Counted from the stretch's first letter, positions 38,111 through 51,140 are shown. The stretch: DNA of 64,000 nt from Dicyema japonicum (GCA_011109175.1 RDEW01000048.1:85445-149444); one strand, 5' to 3'. The notes: generated by a model from the letters alone, not told the origin. Numbers and translations are program-made.

Positions 38111-38434
38111 GAGTAGCATAGTGGTTTGGTGTCGGGCTATAGTGACTTAGGTTACGGGTTCGATTCTCGCTGCTGTTCACCGGGTGGAAGGTTCCATGTA
38201 TCTACGATGCCAAAAGGGTTTGACGAGTGACGCCGTCATCAGTGGATACTCATGCGGAACTGGATTGTCTAGAAAGGACCCACACACAAGAAAAAGAAAA
38301 AAAAAGTGAATATCATTCCTTGGTTCTACGATTAGTTAAAATTAACTGTTCTTTACTTAAATAAAGTGTGTGTCCTGCCTATGCGGAGCTATAAATGTTA
38401 TGGCTCTCGTGAAAAGGCTGTTATTATTATTATA
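38111..38434 (+). mobile_element. tRNA-derived SINE family A, full length
   Basis: TAGCATAGTGG A box, GGTTCGATTCT B box, body, 3' hairpin, (TTA)4 tail. Confidence 0.85.
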
Positions 38435-38435
38435 A

Positions 38436-38630
38436 GATGGATTGGCTGTTTCTCCTGACAACTAACAGAGAAATCCTTTGGAATAGCCATTCGGTTTCCC
38501 GGCGTTCATTACTCACTTTCGATATCATTGACCAAAGCAATCTTAGAAAAGATACCGTCTTGAGCCAAAAACATTACTCGTTTCGACGACAACGGGCTGT
38601 ACATGGAATTTCGGCGATCATTACTCGTTT
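38436..38630 (-). mobile_element. CRE 3' end relic, tail-to-tail with the SINE
   Basis: Homolog of 34465-34630; encodes VQPVVVET upstream. Confidence 0.7.
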
Positions 38631-39029
38631 AGAAAAAAACTACAACTAAACTTTAAAAATAAGTATGGATTTAGAACATTTATTGCCAATAAAACACAAT
38701 AAAATTTGTTTTTTTTATTTATTATTTCATAAAGTTGTAATTATTTATATCTTTTAAGATTAATCCTCGATTTTCGTAACAACCTATGTTTTTAGAATTC
38801 TTTGTGTTCAACACCATGTTTATTTAGAAAGTGTAGCTTCAGTTTTGAAATTTTCATATTCTCGTTACAAATGTAGCTTCACATAATAAACATTTGGGCC
38901 TTTGGAAATCATCGAATGTCTTATAAGTAAATTAAAACGTACATAATCTTCATTCACTTTCTCTTTTTCATCACACCAATTATTATTACTATTAAACCAG
39001 AAAACCACCGTCATATCCAAAATAAACAA

Positions 39030-39400
39030 AATTCAAGTGATCCTAGCTTCCCGCATCAGTCTCCGCATATTTTCTCGATGTTCCGACTGCGTTCCGGCTC
39101 ACTTTCGATATGGACGGGGTCCGCATACTCGAGTCCTTCACATGGGCACTGTTCCAGTCGCCTCTATCACATTTTCTAGGTTTTTGGGCAGGATATTCAC
39201 ACATGAATATTTTCTTAGTAGGTTTGCTGTCTTCACTTGAATGTTGCAGATCTTGTCCAAATTTGTTGCAGCAAGGTTAAATCCCCAGACATTACATGCG
39301 TGTCCTATTTTAGCCTCGATGAACAGTTTGTAAATGACATCCAGTCCATTCAGATCTTTTTTGCCTTTTAGGTTTCCCAAAAACGCCTTCAGAAAGTTGA
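39030..39400 (-). mobile_element. LINE post-RT relic
   Basis: IYKLFIEAKIGHACNVWGFNLAATNLDKICNIQ resembles the YK.FIRP.LEY..VW region. Confidence 0.55.
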
Positions 39401-40564
39401 TTTTCCCAAAACCATAAACTTGGTTTATTCAGATTGTCCTGTATTCTTCTCGTTGCTTCGATGATGCTCTTAGAAAAACATAGATAAAATAATACATTTT
39501 CCGGATAAATAAAGTTATGTAAATTTAGTTTCCAACCAAAAAAATTAGTTTGGTATAAATTTATTAATTAAAAATAATAGATTTATAATTTGAAAAAAAT
39601 TTCCTCTTAAAAAATAGTTAAAAATTTTTAAAATCTCGCACCCCTTAAATTTTTCTTCGCACTCCTGGAAGTGAAAGCTCCTCCGGTTGCGAATCCCTGA
39701 TTTAAAGTAATAATTAAGGACATGTCGTCATTTCTTTCTAGAATTGTATCGTTACTGAATAGAACTGTTTTTAGCAATTCGGAAGATTCCCTTTGAATAA
39801 TATATTATATATATTTCAATATACGGAAGTATAATGTCGCATGTCATTATGGTTACACTAAAATAAACGTTACAGTACTTCATCTTGAGACTACAGATGT
39901 TAGGATTATGGTTAGCTCGTTTTCACCTTTAACTAAATTAGAAAGCTCTGTGGTGAAAATTAATTTTGTGGTAAATATGGTCACTCAGGTCCGTTTAATG
40001 AACCTTTTACAGAAAGAAATTTGTGGTAAAAAATAATTTAGTGGTAAATAAGGTCAGTTAGGGCCGGTTATGAACTTTTACAGAAAGAAATTTTTGATTC
40101 TGATAGCATCCTTAACCTCCGTCGAAATAATATGTTAGGGGAACGTTTTGGCTTAATAAAAAGAAGGGAGGGTCTTCAAATTGTGATTGATCTAGCATAG
40201 TTGTTCATTATTTTGTTTAGTTCATTATCATTATTGTCAGGTTTGTCAGGTTCGTTAATAATTCTATACCATGTATTTTTGAAATTCCAGGGGGCTTTCA
40301 ACATCATCGAAAGTGTGTTTTGCTTGATTAGGGGCGATGTGAATATTTGCCGGTTGCGATCTGTCTTTTTGACATCGTCATTAATTTCTTAGTCCAATTA
40401 GCAAACTCAAGTTAACAAGAATTATCCAAAATGAGTAAAATTTATTTGGCTACTTTTTTAGAAATAAAAAATATTTTTTATTTTTATTTATTAAATATTA
40501 ACAAAAAATAAACTGGTTAACCATTTTTAAATAAAATTTTTTTTACTTTTGAAAATTTGTCGAA

Positions 40565-41988
40565 ATGTCGTTTTATCTTTTTAATTTATTTATCGTAATT
40601 TGATTTTTAACAATCTATTTTTAGATTTTGTTTTTTAACATAACAATCCAAAATGAAAAAATCTTGACATGTTACTATACAAATTGGGCAGTTTACAAAA
40701 CTGGAAATGCCAAATACGATGCCAAGTACATGTATCCATATCTCTGTACACACATAATCTATTCTTTTGCGAATATTGATGCTCAGACTTTGACTCCCGT
40801 CTCGTTTGATCCCTGGTCTGATTTGCCAGGCATAATAAATCACTTATATTAGACGGACTCGACAACTTTAGAAAAGTCACTTCACTAAAAAACGTCAATC
40901 CAAATCTAAAAGTTCTCTTGTCAGTTGGGGGATGGCATAGACTTCTTAATGAATTCCAATTAATCTCAAGTAATGAAGAGAACAGCAGATTATTCGCCAA
41001 AAATACAAAGAGTTATCTCAAAAAACATAATTTTGATGGATTTGACGTTGACTGGGAATATCCAACTGATAAAGCAAAATATACTCGAATGATGAAAGTC
41101 ATTAATTGAAATAATCATAGGCTCTGAATGAAAGCTTAAACGGATAAGTTCAGAAACATATATGCTGACTGCTGCAGTTTCTGCTGGAATATTGAAAGCT
41201 TCAGTTTCCTACGACATCCCTGTTGTTTCCAAGTAACTCTGTTTACTGAACTGAAATAGATACCTCGATTACATTAACATCATGACATATGATTTTTATG
41301 GGCAATTTTCAAGCGTGGTTGGTCATCACAGTGGATTATATTGCTTGAATGAAAATGACAAAGCCTGCACAGTATCTACAATTCTTAGTTTAGGACGCTG
41401 CTGTAAAATATTGGCACAGTCAAGGAGTTCCAATGTCGAAGATACTCATTGGGAGCCCTATGTATGGTCAGGGATTCAAAACTAAAACAAAAATCCGCAT
41501 GTTGGAGATGTAAAAGTTGGGGGAACTCCAATGGGAAAAGTTCTAAAAAACATAGGGATTTTATCATATCTCGAAGTTTTAGAATTTAATTAAATTTAGT
41601 ATTGTAATGAAGGATACAAAAATGTTTGGAACGACACCCAAAAGTGGCTCATGGAGTAAAGGATTATTATTGGCTCGGATACGAGACCACCGAAAGCATT
41701 CACGAAAAAGTTGTTTAAATTTTAAATCTCAGGCAAATTATGTAAAAGACAACGGATTAGCTGGAATGTTTGTGTGGACCTTAGATTTCGACGACTTTAG
41801 CGGAAAAGAGTGTCACAACGGAAAAAGTCCTCTGATTGGAGCAATCCACAAGGAACTCGATATTTATCCTGGAATTGTAATTTTTTGTCTAATTCAAGGA
41901 TTGGGAGACAAATTCAAAAACCAACTCTTGTTCAGCTGCGACTTCTTTGTTCGCTTTACTAACAATAACTCTTCTTGGACTACACTAA
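40565..41988 (+). CDS. GH18 chitinase, secreted with a GPI-anchor-like tail; seven micro-introns; three 1-nt homopolymer deletions
   Basis: Signal peptide; CYYTNWAVY, CTHIIYSFA, KVLLSVGGW, catalytic FDGFDVDWEYP, IMTYDFYG, GLAGMFVWTLDFDDF; C-terminus TNSCSAATSLFALLTITLLGLH*. Confidence 0.9.
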
Positions 41989-42884
41989 CGATTTAACTAA
42001 TTAACTAACAATTTAACTTTTAACCAAAAATAATTTAACAAATTTCTGAATTTCTAATTTTTAACTAAATTAGCCAAGAACATCTTCAATACCATTAATG
42101 TTCTTACTTCTTTGATAAAGTGTGACTTCTGACTAAGCTGAGTTTTACATTACTACTCCTTTGGCTGCAGGGATGTATCTATTATTCTATCCAGTTAATA
42201 TGCAGTCAGACGACCACTGCATGACCTTTTTTTATTTTATTCTTTTTTAACAATAAAAAAGTTATGTAAAATAAGTTAATTTGTCAGAAAAGGATTTCTA
42301 ACTAAATAATAATTTTTGCTTTGTCATAAAATGCCAAACTACCGAAAATAAGGTAATCTCTTAGTTTAAATGAGATGAAGTTATGCAAAAATGTTAATGG
42401 TGTGTATTTAACATTTGTTCTTCCGAAAATGTGTCTGAGGAATAATTAATTTTAACCTAAACGTTTAATTTGTGTTCTATAAAATTCTGAACAATTAAAT
42501 CGAATGGTTAATTAGTCAGAAGTGTTTAATTAGTCGGAGTTTGAGGAGCAGATGCATCATTATATCGAAAATTTTACATAGCTCCATGATAAATGAAAGA
42601 GTTTGTATTTTTTCTTGTTAATATGGACAAGGTTATGCACTAAGGAACAACTGAAACTTTATGTTATGAACAAATGAAGTCTGGATTCCTGTAGGATCGG
42701 ATCTAATAGCTTTTGACTTAAAATTGAAGATATTGAGGATCACCAATCGATATGTATTCTGCTAGTAATTATTTAGTATAAAACTCAAGCTGTTTTAAGT
42801 TTTAATCGATTTTTTTGGTATTCAAAAAAGTAAATACATATGGAAAAAAAAAATAATTTTAACATTTTCATTTGAAGTGTAACG

Positions 42885-43075
42885 GTTGCCGGGCAAAAGG
42901 CTGAAGGTCGCTAGTTCAAATCCGATACTGACATTTCGGTTGAAGATTCCACGCATCAATATGCTTTGGTTGACGAGTGACGCCGTCTTCATGGAACCGG
43001 ATCGTTTATATGGACATTTGAGTGTTGCACATGCTAGGCTATAAACATTATGGCATTCGTGAAAGTGTTTTAATA
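42885..43075 (+). mobile_element. SINE family A, deleted copy
   Basis: GGTCGCTAGTTCAAATCC, GATTCCACGCATC, TTGACGAGTGACGCCGTC. Confidence 0.65.
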
Positions 43076-43764
43076 TTAATAATTTGGTGAAATTAAATTA
43101 ACCTGGAATGAAATTAGCTTTTTAATTTAGTTAAATGTCAAATAGTTTCATAATTGATGAAAGTCTTTATCTCATGATTGATAAAAACGAAAAACATTTT
43201 TAGCATAAAAAGTCCAACATGCTTGTCCAAAAAACAATCTGTCTGCAAACATTTCCAGAAGCGTCTTTTTGTCGCTTAACTGACATTTACCTTATTTGAT
43301 TTTTCTTTATTCCATATCCAATAAATTCAAGAGTACACAAAAATTGTTTTTGTTGAATAAATATAAAACTATGTAACAGTCCGTTGGTGTAGCGCTTCAC
43401 AGTTTAACCAGAGAATAGTCAACGAGTAATCAAGTGCGAAGATGTACTTTCAAAGAAGTAACTTTTAATTTATTAACTCCTGGAACTAAAAAAAAAGATA
43501 AAATATATTTTCCTAGCTTTTTTTCTACGAATTGTTAAATCTGTATTAATCACCACAAAAGGAGATGTTTTTTCTCGTTGTGTAGTTCAAATCAAATTTT
43601 TATTCCACGACCATCGTTAAACCGAAAAAACAAACTAAATGATCACGAAAAATTTAACCCAGACTCTCAGTTTGGCTCAAGGTCCTACACAGGTTCATTG
43701 GGGTCGGGTTTTCTCCTGATCAAGTTGGACCAGACTTCTTCCGTTATTTTTTCGGGTAAGGATG

Positions 43765-44060
43765 CCGGGTAAGAGGCCTTAGGGTCGCTCGTTTGAATCC
43801 CGATACATTTCGGTTGAAGATTCCACGCATGATGTGCTTTGGCTTGACGAGTGACGTCGTCATCAGTTAACATTTCACTGTGGAACCGGATCGTCTATAT
43901 AGGACATACACCCAAGAAAAAGAAAACAAAGAAGTGAAGAGCTTTCTTTGATTCTACCTCATCGAATAGCTATGATAACTGTTCTTTCTTTAAAATTAAG
44001 TGTGTGTTCTGCCTGAGGGGAGCGATAGCTGATATGGCTCCTCGGAAAGTTCACTGTTTT
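43765..44060 (+). mobile_element. SINE family A, near full length
   Basis: Colinear with 50113-50435, including the 3' hairpin. Confidence 0.8.
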
Positions 44061-44139
44061 TTTAGTTAGTTCAACAGCATGGATAAATTCTTGAGTGGTT
44101 GTAAAGAAAATTGACGAATAGTGAAGATTTTCAAATATT

Positions 44140-44460
44140 AAAATAATTTGATTATAATCAATACGATTCCAAAGACAAGAAAATATTGTCCATCCTACTT
44201 ATTGTTAAAATTCACATGTATTATTGTTGATTCCCCTAAATACCCTTCTGTTTCTTTATTCAAAACACTTGCTGCAGATAGTATGAGGCCACCACACAAT
44301 ATCAGAAAAACTTTAGTTTTGCCAGCATCTATTGATATGGTTGAAGCAATGTTTGGCGAATCTTATGCAAAACAATTACGGCAAATATCACTTTCTAATA
44401 ACAAAGTCGCCATAGAATTGATGACATATCTGAAGATCTTCGTGATCAGATTAATTTAAT
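44140..44460 (+). mobile_element. hAT (ZBED5/SCAND3-like) transposase fragment
   Basis: KTLVLPASIDMVEAMFGESYAKQLRQISLSNN. Confidence 0.65.
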
Positions 44461-44537
44461 AAATAAAAAAATAAAATAAAAAATACCAAAGATCACAATA
44501 ACAACAAATAATAATAACTTGTTCCTATTATGCTCTA

Positions 44538-44860
44538 GCCGCGTGGCGCCATGTGGTGGTTAATTGGTTGAAGTTTTTTGCTTGCTTGTCTGTTCCTCCT
44601 CTCTTTTCCTATTAGAGTGGCGTCATGTCATCCACCTGTCTAGGTGACGCCCAGTGCCAGGCCGGCACGAAAAAGGATTATTTGCTCTTCTCCACTCCAC
44701 TGGAGGGGTTTCACAACTTCATGTAATGGACGTCTTACCTTTATGCTGATTCCGGATGGAGTCTGTTTCTGTAGAAGTGGAAACTGGATACACTTAATTA
44801 GTTGTTTACTTTAACTTCTTTCTCGGTGTATCCGGGGTTAATAAATAAAAATAAATAAAT
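44538..44860 (+). mobile_element. SINE-like family C, copy 2, with A-rich tail and TSD
   Basis: Flanks ATTATGCTCTA(G) and ATTATACTCTAG (1 mismatch); tail AATAAATAAAAATAAATAAAT. Confidence 0.7.
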
Positions 44861-45033
44861 TATACTCTAGCAAAGAGCTCAACTTGGCCCGATGCTCTTC
44901 TATCGACCCCACGCAAATGGAACTTCGTAGTCATAAAAATAATTATTAGTCATAATCGATAAACTAATAGGAAAATATAAATTATCAATTTATTTTTTTC
45001 ATTATTTTTAGATAATTATTCAAAAAAATAAAA

Positions 45034-47253
45034 ATGGAGGGGAAAATATTTTGATATATTGTGGGTTAAAGAATTTAGTGATGGACGATTCTATAAATAT
45101 CACTCAATACGACGCAACAGAATTAAACAGTCACGACATTGCCACAATTAACTCGTCTACTCTGACTGCCCTTGATATATTCTCAAATGGTTTTATTAAT
45201 TTTAATATTGTAGGGGAATCAAGATGTCTTTTCTCCTTATTAAATCATTGCAGAACGGCTCAGGGGGAGAAATTGCTTGCCACATGGTTGAGGAATCCTC
45301 TCATGGATGCTGCTGCTATTCGTACTTAATTTTATTTATTCGAGAATCAAGACTATCGGTTGTTAATGACTTTGTTCAATGTCACTCCCTTAGAAAATAT
45401 TTTTCGGATGATTTCTTAAAGCGCTTTCCTGATTGTGATTTAATTTCTCACAAAATTGCACGTGGAACTGCAAACTTAGAAGTAAACAATTTTTGTTATT
45501 GTAGGACTGTTATAAACTGTATTCATGTCTCGAAAGGTGTCCCGAGGCAATAAAAAGACTGGAAGAATTCGATTCTCAGTATTTGCATTCCATAGCAGAA
45601 AATCTTCAACAGTTAGTGGACGATTTAGCGGATTTATTAAAATGGTGGAAGAAGTCGTTGATTTGGAGGCGGTGGAGACCAAAAACGAGTTCCTGGTGAG
45701 AGAATCCTATGATCCGTCTCTCCAAGTAATCTAGCTTGTTGACTCAGAAATCGGACGAAAAATCGCAGAACTGGAAGTAGAAATAGAACGTGAAGGTGAA
45801 AGAATGGCATTTAAGCTTGACTTGGATAACAAAAAAACAGTAAAAGTTGAAAACAACACAACACCACGGAATGATATTCAGAATTCCTCGAAAAGTGCTG
45901 TTTATTAGTCCATAACAGGAAGAAAGATCTCTGCGAGGACGGACAGACTTGAAAATTCTCGACACGACGAAAGCAGGGATTCGGTTTGAAAATTGTCGTC
46001 TTCGTGAACTGTGTTGCCAACTAACTGAGGCCACAAACGCCTATAAAGAACAACAAGCTGTCATCGTCAATCAGATCACCAGTGTGAGCTGTATTGACTC
46101 AAATTTCAATGCAAGGCGAATATTGCGAGTTAATGACACAACTAGGCACGTGCGTGTCTCGTATTGACGTATTGGTTTCTTTTGCAGTTGCCACTGTGTG
46201 CCATTCTCTTGTATTCCCTACAGTTCTTCCATCAGGTACTCTAACGGTTTCCATGTAGAATCTGGAATACTGGAGTTATGCGACGTGAGACATCCACTGG
46301 TGGGAGGACTGGATTACATAGTGAACAGTTGTAATTTGAGAAAGGATGGAGAGCATTTTATAGTTGTTACGGGACCTAATATGGGAGGAAAATCCACGTA
46401 TATAAAATCAGTAAATATTTTATATAGCTCAGTTGGCCATAGCCGTCCTAATGTGCCAGATTGGGTGTTTTGTAGCTTGCAGAACAGCCCAAGTGTCAAT
46501 CTGCAGCGGAATATACGCACGTATGGGAGCTAGTGATAACGAATCCTCTGGCGTGTCTACCTTTATGGCTGAAATGGTGGAGACTGCTTCTATCTTAAAC
46601 GTATTTGTCTTTTTTACTTAGTCTGCTGACAGTTATTCTCTTGTGATAATAGATGAGCTGGGAAGGGGAACATCGACTGTTGACGGACTAGGACTGGCGT
46701 GGGGATATCTCAGTATGAGTGCGTTGTGATTCCAGACATATTGCCACTCAGATCGGCTGTTTTTGTTTGTTTGCCACTCACTTTCATGAATTGGCTGGAT
46801 TAAGGACAGTTTGTGGGGAGTGCATTGGACTGTTTCAGGCAGCTGCGTTGGTTGAGGAGGATACATTCACTTTGCTATACCAAATTATCCCTGGTTGGAT
46901 TTTAAATAGACTTTAGGCGTGTCTGATAAGAGTTTTGGAGTGGAGGTTGCAGTTGCCACCGGGTTTCCTAAGATTGTAGTGGAGGTTTGTTGGGTTTATA
47001 TTTGTAGGAAGCACGCAGAGCAGTGCTTGAGTATGAGTCTGAAGGAATATGTGGTGATGAATGTCCTGATAAAAAGGTTGTGGTAGCACTATTAATTTAG
47101 GAAGGTGAAGATTTAATGGATGAATTTATACTGACTTGCTATAACTTAATGGAGAGTGGTGATGCAACCGGGGAGATGTTCTCGTCTGCAAAGAGAAAAT
47201 TACTACAATGTGGTAATTCCTATGTCTCCAAAGTGCTAAAAGATTATTTGTAA
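45034..47253 (+). CDS. MSH2: MutS homolog 2, about 640 aa, 13 micro-introns, about five 1-nt deletions; lacks the N-terminal domains
   Basis: [99 protein letters not shown]-terminal GNSYVSKVL. Confidence 0.9.
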
Positions 47254-47559
47254 TTTTTTGAAATTCTTGACTATTAATTATTACTAAGCACTTTCAAGTG
47301 AATTATTGTAGGTTTTTTGCCCAAGATACATTTTAAGTCTAAAAAAACAGTTATACTAACTAATGAAAGTGAACCGGGGATGTATTAACTCTTTTTTTTG
47401 TTTTGTACAATTCCCTGTAAATGATTTGGTTTTGCAGGAATGTATCCACTGACGAGATCGTCACTTTTCGAGCCATGAAATTGATCTCTTTACTTTAAAA
47501 TGAAAAAATTCCAAGAACCGTGGTAAAACCAAACTAACTAATCACGTGATTCCAACTCG

Positions 47560-49640
47560 TTTTAGTAATGCCCTCATCTTGGCCCCGTGTTCATCTCTCG
47601 AACCGAAACAACTTTGTGCTGGGCTAAATACCGAATTAACATCGTGTTGACGGCAATGTTTACTGTTTTTACTAATCATGGATTTTTGAGTGGAAATTGT
47701 TTCCAAAAATCAAAACTATCTAATTAGGTGATCCCAGCTTCCAGCAACATCCGGACTCTCTTCAATCGGTTTTCTGATGATCCAACCGCACTCCGGAAGC
47801 GTCTTCTCTTGCTTCTGCAAAGGAATTCGATGGGCATGCACTTTTTTATTGCCGACCGAAATTCCGCTGCATGGGCCACCTTTTCCTTGAATGGGTTTCC
47901 CAGTTCCTTGCAGAAACGTAGGAAACCCTGGCCATTTTTCAACGTTGCCTCATCAGAAACGAGGTCGCCAGTGGGGATGTCCGTGCGGTGCATAATTTTC
48001 CGCCTGAGGGAGTTCAAACGGTCCACTCTCGAAAGGGGAATCGCAAACCTTCAGTCAGAGCAGGCATATTCAATAGTCGGTATGACTACTTGTTGATAGA
48101 CCTTGCTGATGCAGTCGGGGGGAGAGGGCTCTTCTTTATCATCTCATTCAGAATGTTCCATTTCCGAAGACCCTTGGCGAGCACCTTCTCCACGTGACTC
48201 GAGAACGTCAACAGAGAGTCGAAAACTACACCAAGGATCTTCTAAGTCCGCGTAGAAGGGATGGGAGTGTTTCCGATAGATATCTCAAGCCCACCTTTAA
48301 ACCTTCTGTCCGTAGTGAATAATGTGAACTGAGACTTGGATGCTGGTACGCATAACGTATTTGCAGATAGCCAGTCACAAATTCGGTTTAGGTGTGTCTG
48401 AACAGTTGATACAGCCATGGAAGGATATTTATTTCTTGCAGCGATAATTAGGTCGTCCGTATAGGACAAAAACATAGTGTCCTGGTCATTGGTCGTAGGT
48501 AGGTCATGTAGAAATAGGTTGAAAAAAAGAGGAGATAAAGGGGAGTTTTGCGGGATTCCATTGGGAAGTAGTCTTGATTTTGAAGTGGACCCTTCCGCGT
48601 CGTCCAGTTAAGAAGTTTTCCAGCCATAGCTTGATGTTTGGGTGTAAGTTCGAGTTAAAAATCTTTTGCGTTAGGAGTTTCCTCGGAACAGAGTCAAGGG
48701 CCTTCTGTATGTCGATGGATACTACGGCCGTCCGTAAGTGTGTTTTTATGTTGAAGCCGTCAGTTATAAACTGGGAGATAGAACCCAATTGAGTCGTTGT
48801 AGAACGGTCTACCCTGAAACCATGTTGAAACTCTGGTAGATGTAGAACTGGAGAGATGCGCATTAACTAAAGCTTTTCCAGTACTTTTGATAAAACACAA
48901 GTTATTGAGATGAGGAACGTCTTTTGGTTTTTTGGGCTTTAGGATTGGCGTAATCAGGGAGTTTTTCCATATATTAGGTAGCGTATGGTAGTTGATAGAG
49001 TCGTTGTACAGTCTTGATAGTATGGCCCATGGCTGAGATCCAAGATGTTTGAGGTGAATAGTGCAAATACCGTCGAACCACAAGCACGAGTGGGACGTAG
49101 CAATTTAATAGCCTTTTTAACATCATCGGGGGTGAAGAAGGTTGAGTATGGTTCTTGTTGCGGCCGGCGCCGTTCAACATGTGTAGAACGAGAGAAATTT
49201 TTATGGCTGATCGATACGTAGTACTTCATAATCTTGTTTGCGAGTTTGCGTGCGGGTTCCGAAGCGTTGCGGGTAACGGCCTCAGCTCCGCGGTCTTCTC
49301 ATTGATGAGGCTATTGATCCTTCTTAGTGTTTTCCGAAATGTGCACAAGAGTTTTTGTGATATAGTCGTCCAACTAGGCGGCTCCATTTGAGTCTGTTAT
49401 AAGCTCAGATAATTTGGTATTCAGTGAACGTATGGAGTAGAAGGAGATATTAGTCTGTGTTCTATTCCTTTTCAGCGCATCTCGTTTTTTGATGAGTGAC
49501 ACAATTTGTGATGATAATCTTGGATTGAACTTCTTGTAATAGGCGACAGGTATAAATAGTTTATCAGCTTTCAGAATGATAGCGGACAGAATCTTGGCCG
49601 TCTTTTCTACTGTGCAATTAATCATAGTAAGGTCAGGGAG
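47560..49640 (-). mobile_element. APE-type LINE, 5'-truncated (post-APE, RT, C-terminus, 3' UTR)
   Basis: LKHLGSQ, FQHGFRVDRSTTTQL, SIDIQKALDSVPR, SYTDDLIIA, ILGVVFDSLLTF, end RVRMLLEAGIT*; frameshifted. Confidence 0.85.
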
Positions 49641-50112
49641 ACTATTGTCCTAAGAAAGTAAAATCAAGTATTACTGAAACAAAGAAGAAAAAAAGCTAGG
49701 TATTAAATATTATTGTAATTTAACTTAAATGTGTTTTTTGTTCATTAAAGGCATTTAAAAAATGCTTTTCAAGATTATTGATTTTATTTTTTAAATTGGC
49801 CACAAAATTCTAAGGAACCAAAAATGGGCAATTTTCGAATGTCGAATTAGATTAAATCAATTTTGTTCACGGTTTATTAGATTTAGTCAATTCTGTTCAC
49901 GGTAGGTTGTCTCATTCATCATTTTCATCCTTATTTCTCTAGCTTAAGGTAATATACGTTAGTCTAAGCGTTTCATCCTAAGTTATATGGACCAAATGGC
50001 AAATCAAAAATATTGTATATCCAAGTTTAAACATTGAGCGATACAAATGGATAAAATTTAAGTGAGGCCGTACTGAAGAACCTATTTTATTATTTATCAT
50101 ATAAGTCTTTGT

Positions 50113-50435
50113 GGGGTGGCGCAGTGTGACGGCTTCGGGGCAAGAGGCCTGAAAGTCGCTAGTTCGAATCCCGATACTGCACATTCGGTTGAAGGTTCCA
50201 CGCATTAATATGCTTTGGCTTGACGAGTGACGCCGTCATCAATGAAATTCACTGCGGAACTGGATTTTCTAAAAAGGACATACACCCAAGAAAAAGAAAA
50301 AAAAGAAGTGAAGAGCATTCCTTGATCCTCCCTCGATTAGCTATTATAACTGTTCTTTGCTTAAATAAAGTGTGTGTTCCACCTGAGGGGAGTTATAACT
50401 GATATCGCTCCTCGGAAAGTGCAAATATTATTATT
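50113..50435 (+). mobile_element. tRNA-derived SINE family A, full length with a 9-bp TSD
   Basis: TGGCGCAGTG A box, AGTTCGAATCCC B box, (TTA)n tail; TSD AGTCTTTGT at 50104-50112 and 50436-50444. Confidence 0.9.
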
Positions 50436-50929
50436 AGTCTTTGTTATGTGTGCAGTGAAATATTGCTACCTTTATTCTTTTTCGAATTGAGCTTTTAGTA
50501 ATAATCCAATCGATGGGACGTATAATGATTGTTTTAAGAGATGGTAAAGAATACAATAGTTCTTAAGCAAAGGGCTTAGAATATATGAATGCTATTTGCG
50601 AGTTAAAAACCCTCAGATTTCCAACAATTTCAAATTTGTTAATTTGACAGTTTAAACAATTAAATATCTGAAAATTAACACTTAGAAGCCATGAAACCCA
50701 GTGGCTTATCCAATTGATCTCAGTCGCTTTCGTGAGTCAACTATGTCGCAAAGATCAACAGTTAAAAGTTAATAGTTTATAAAAAAAAATTATAGTCTAA
50801 TATTTTCAATGAAAAATTCATAAAGTACATAATATTCAATAAATAATATTTATTTCCAAAAATCAATTTGTTAATCAACCAGTAGCTGCTCCTATGAGCG
50901 TAAAATTGTATGAAAATATGCTTCATCTA

Positions 50930-51140
50930 CAATCTACCTCTCCTTCTGGCTATTAATGATACGAAATTTCGTAGGAAAGCCAGGTATTTAGCCTCAATGA
51001 GCCTCGAGGTTTGCCACAGGCAGGAAGACAAATTGCCGCTTGCGATTCAACATTTTAACCTTTGCCCAGTCGGACCCATGGCAAGTTTCTTTCAGTATCA
51101 GGATGACAGAGAAAGATGGTCATCCAGTCGGGTCATTTTT
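50930..51140 (-). mobile_element. CRE endonuclease and C-terminal relic
   Basis: PDWMTIF (compare RPDGMTLF) and TWLSYEIS. Confidence 0.4.

Noticed and set aside
38111-38185. Genuine tRNA genes at the SINE heads (also 11030-11103 and 50113-50185)
   Set aside because: A and B boxes are present, but there is no consistent cloverleaf or acceptor stem, and each continues into the same SINE body and tail.
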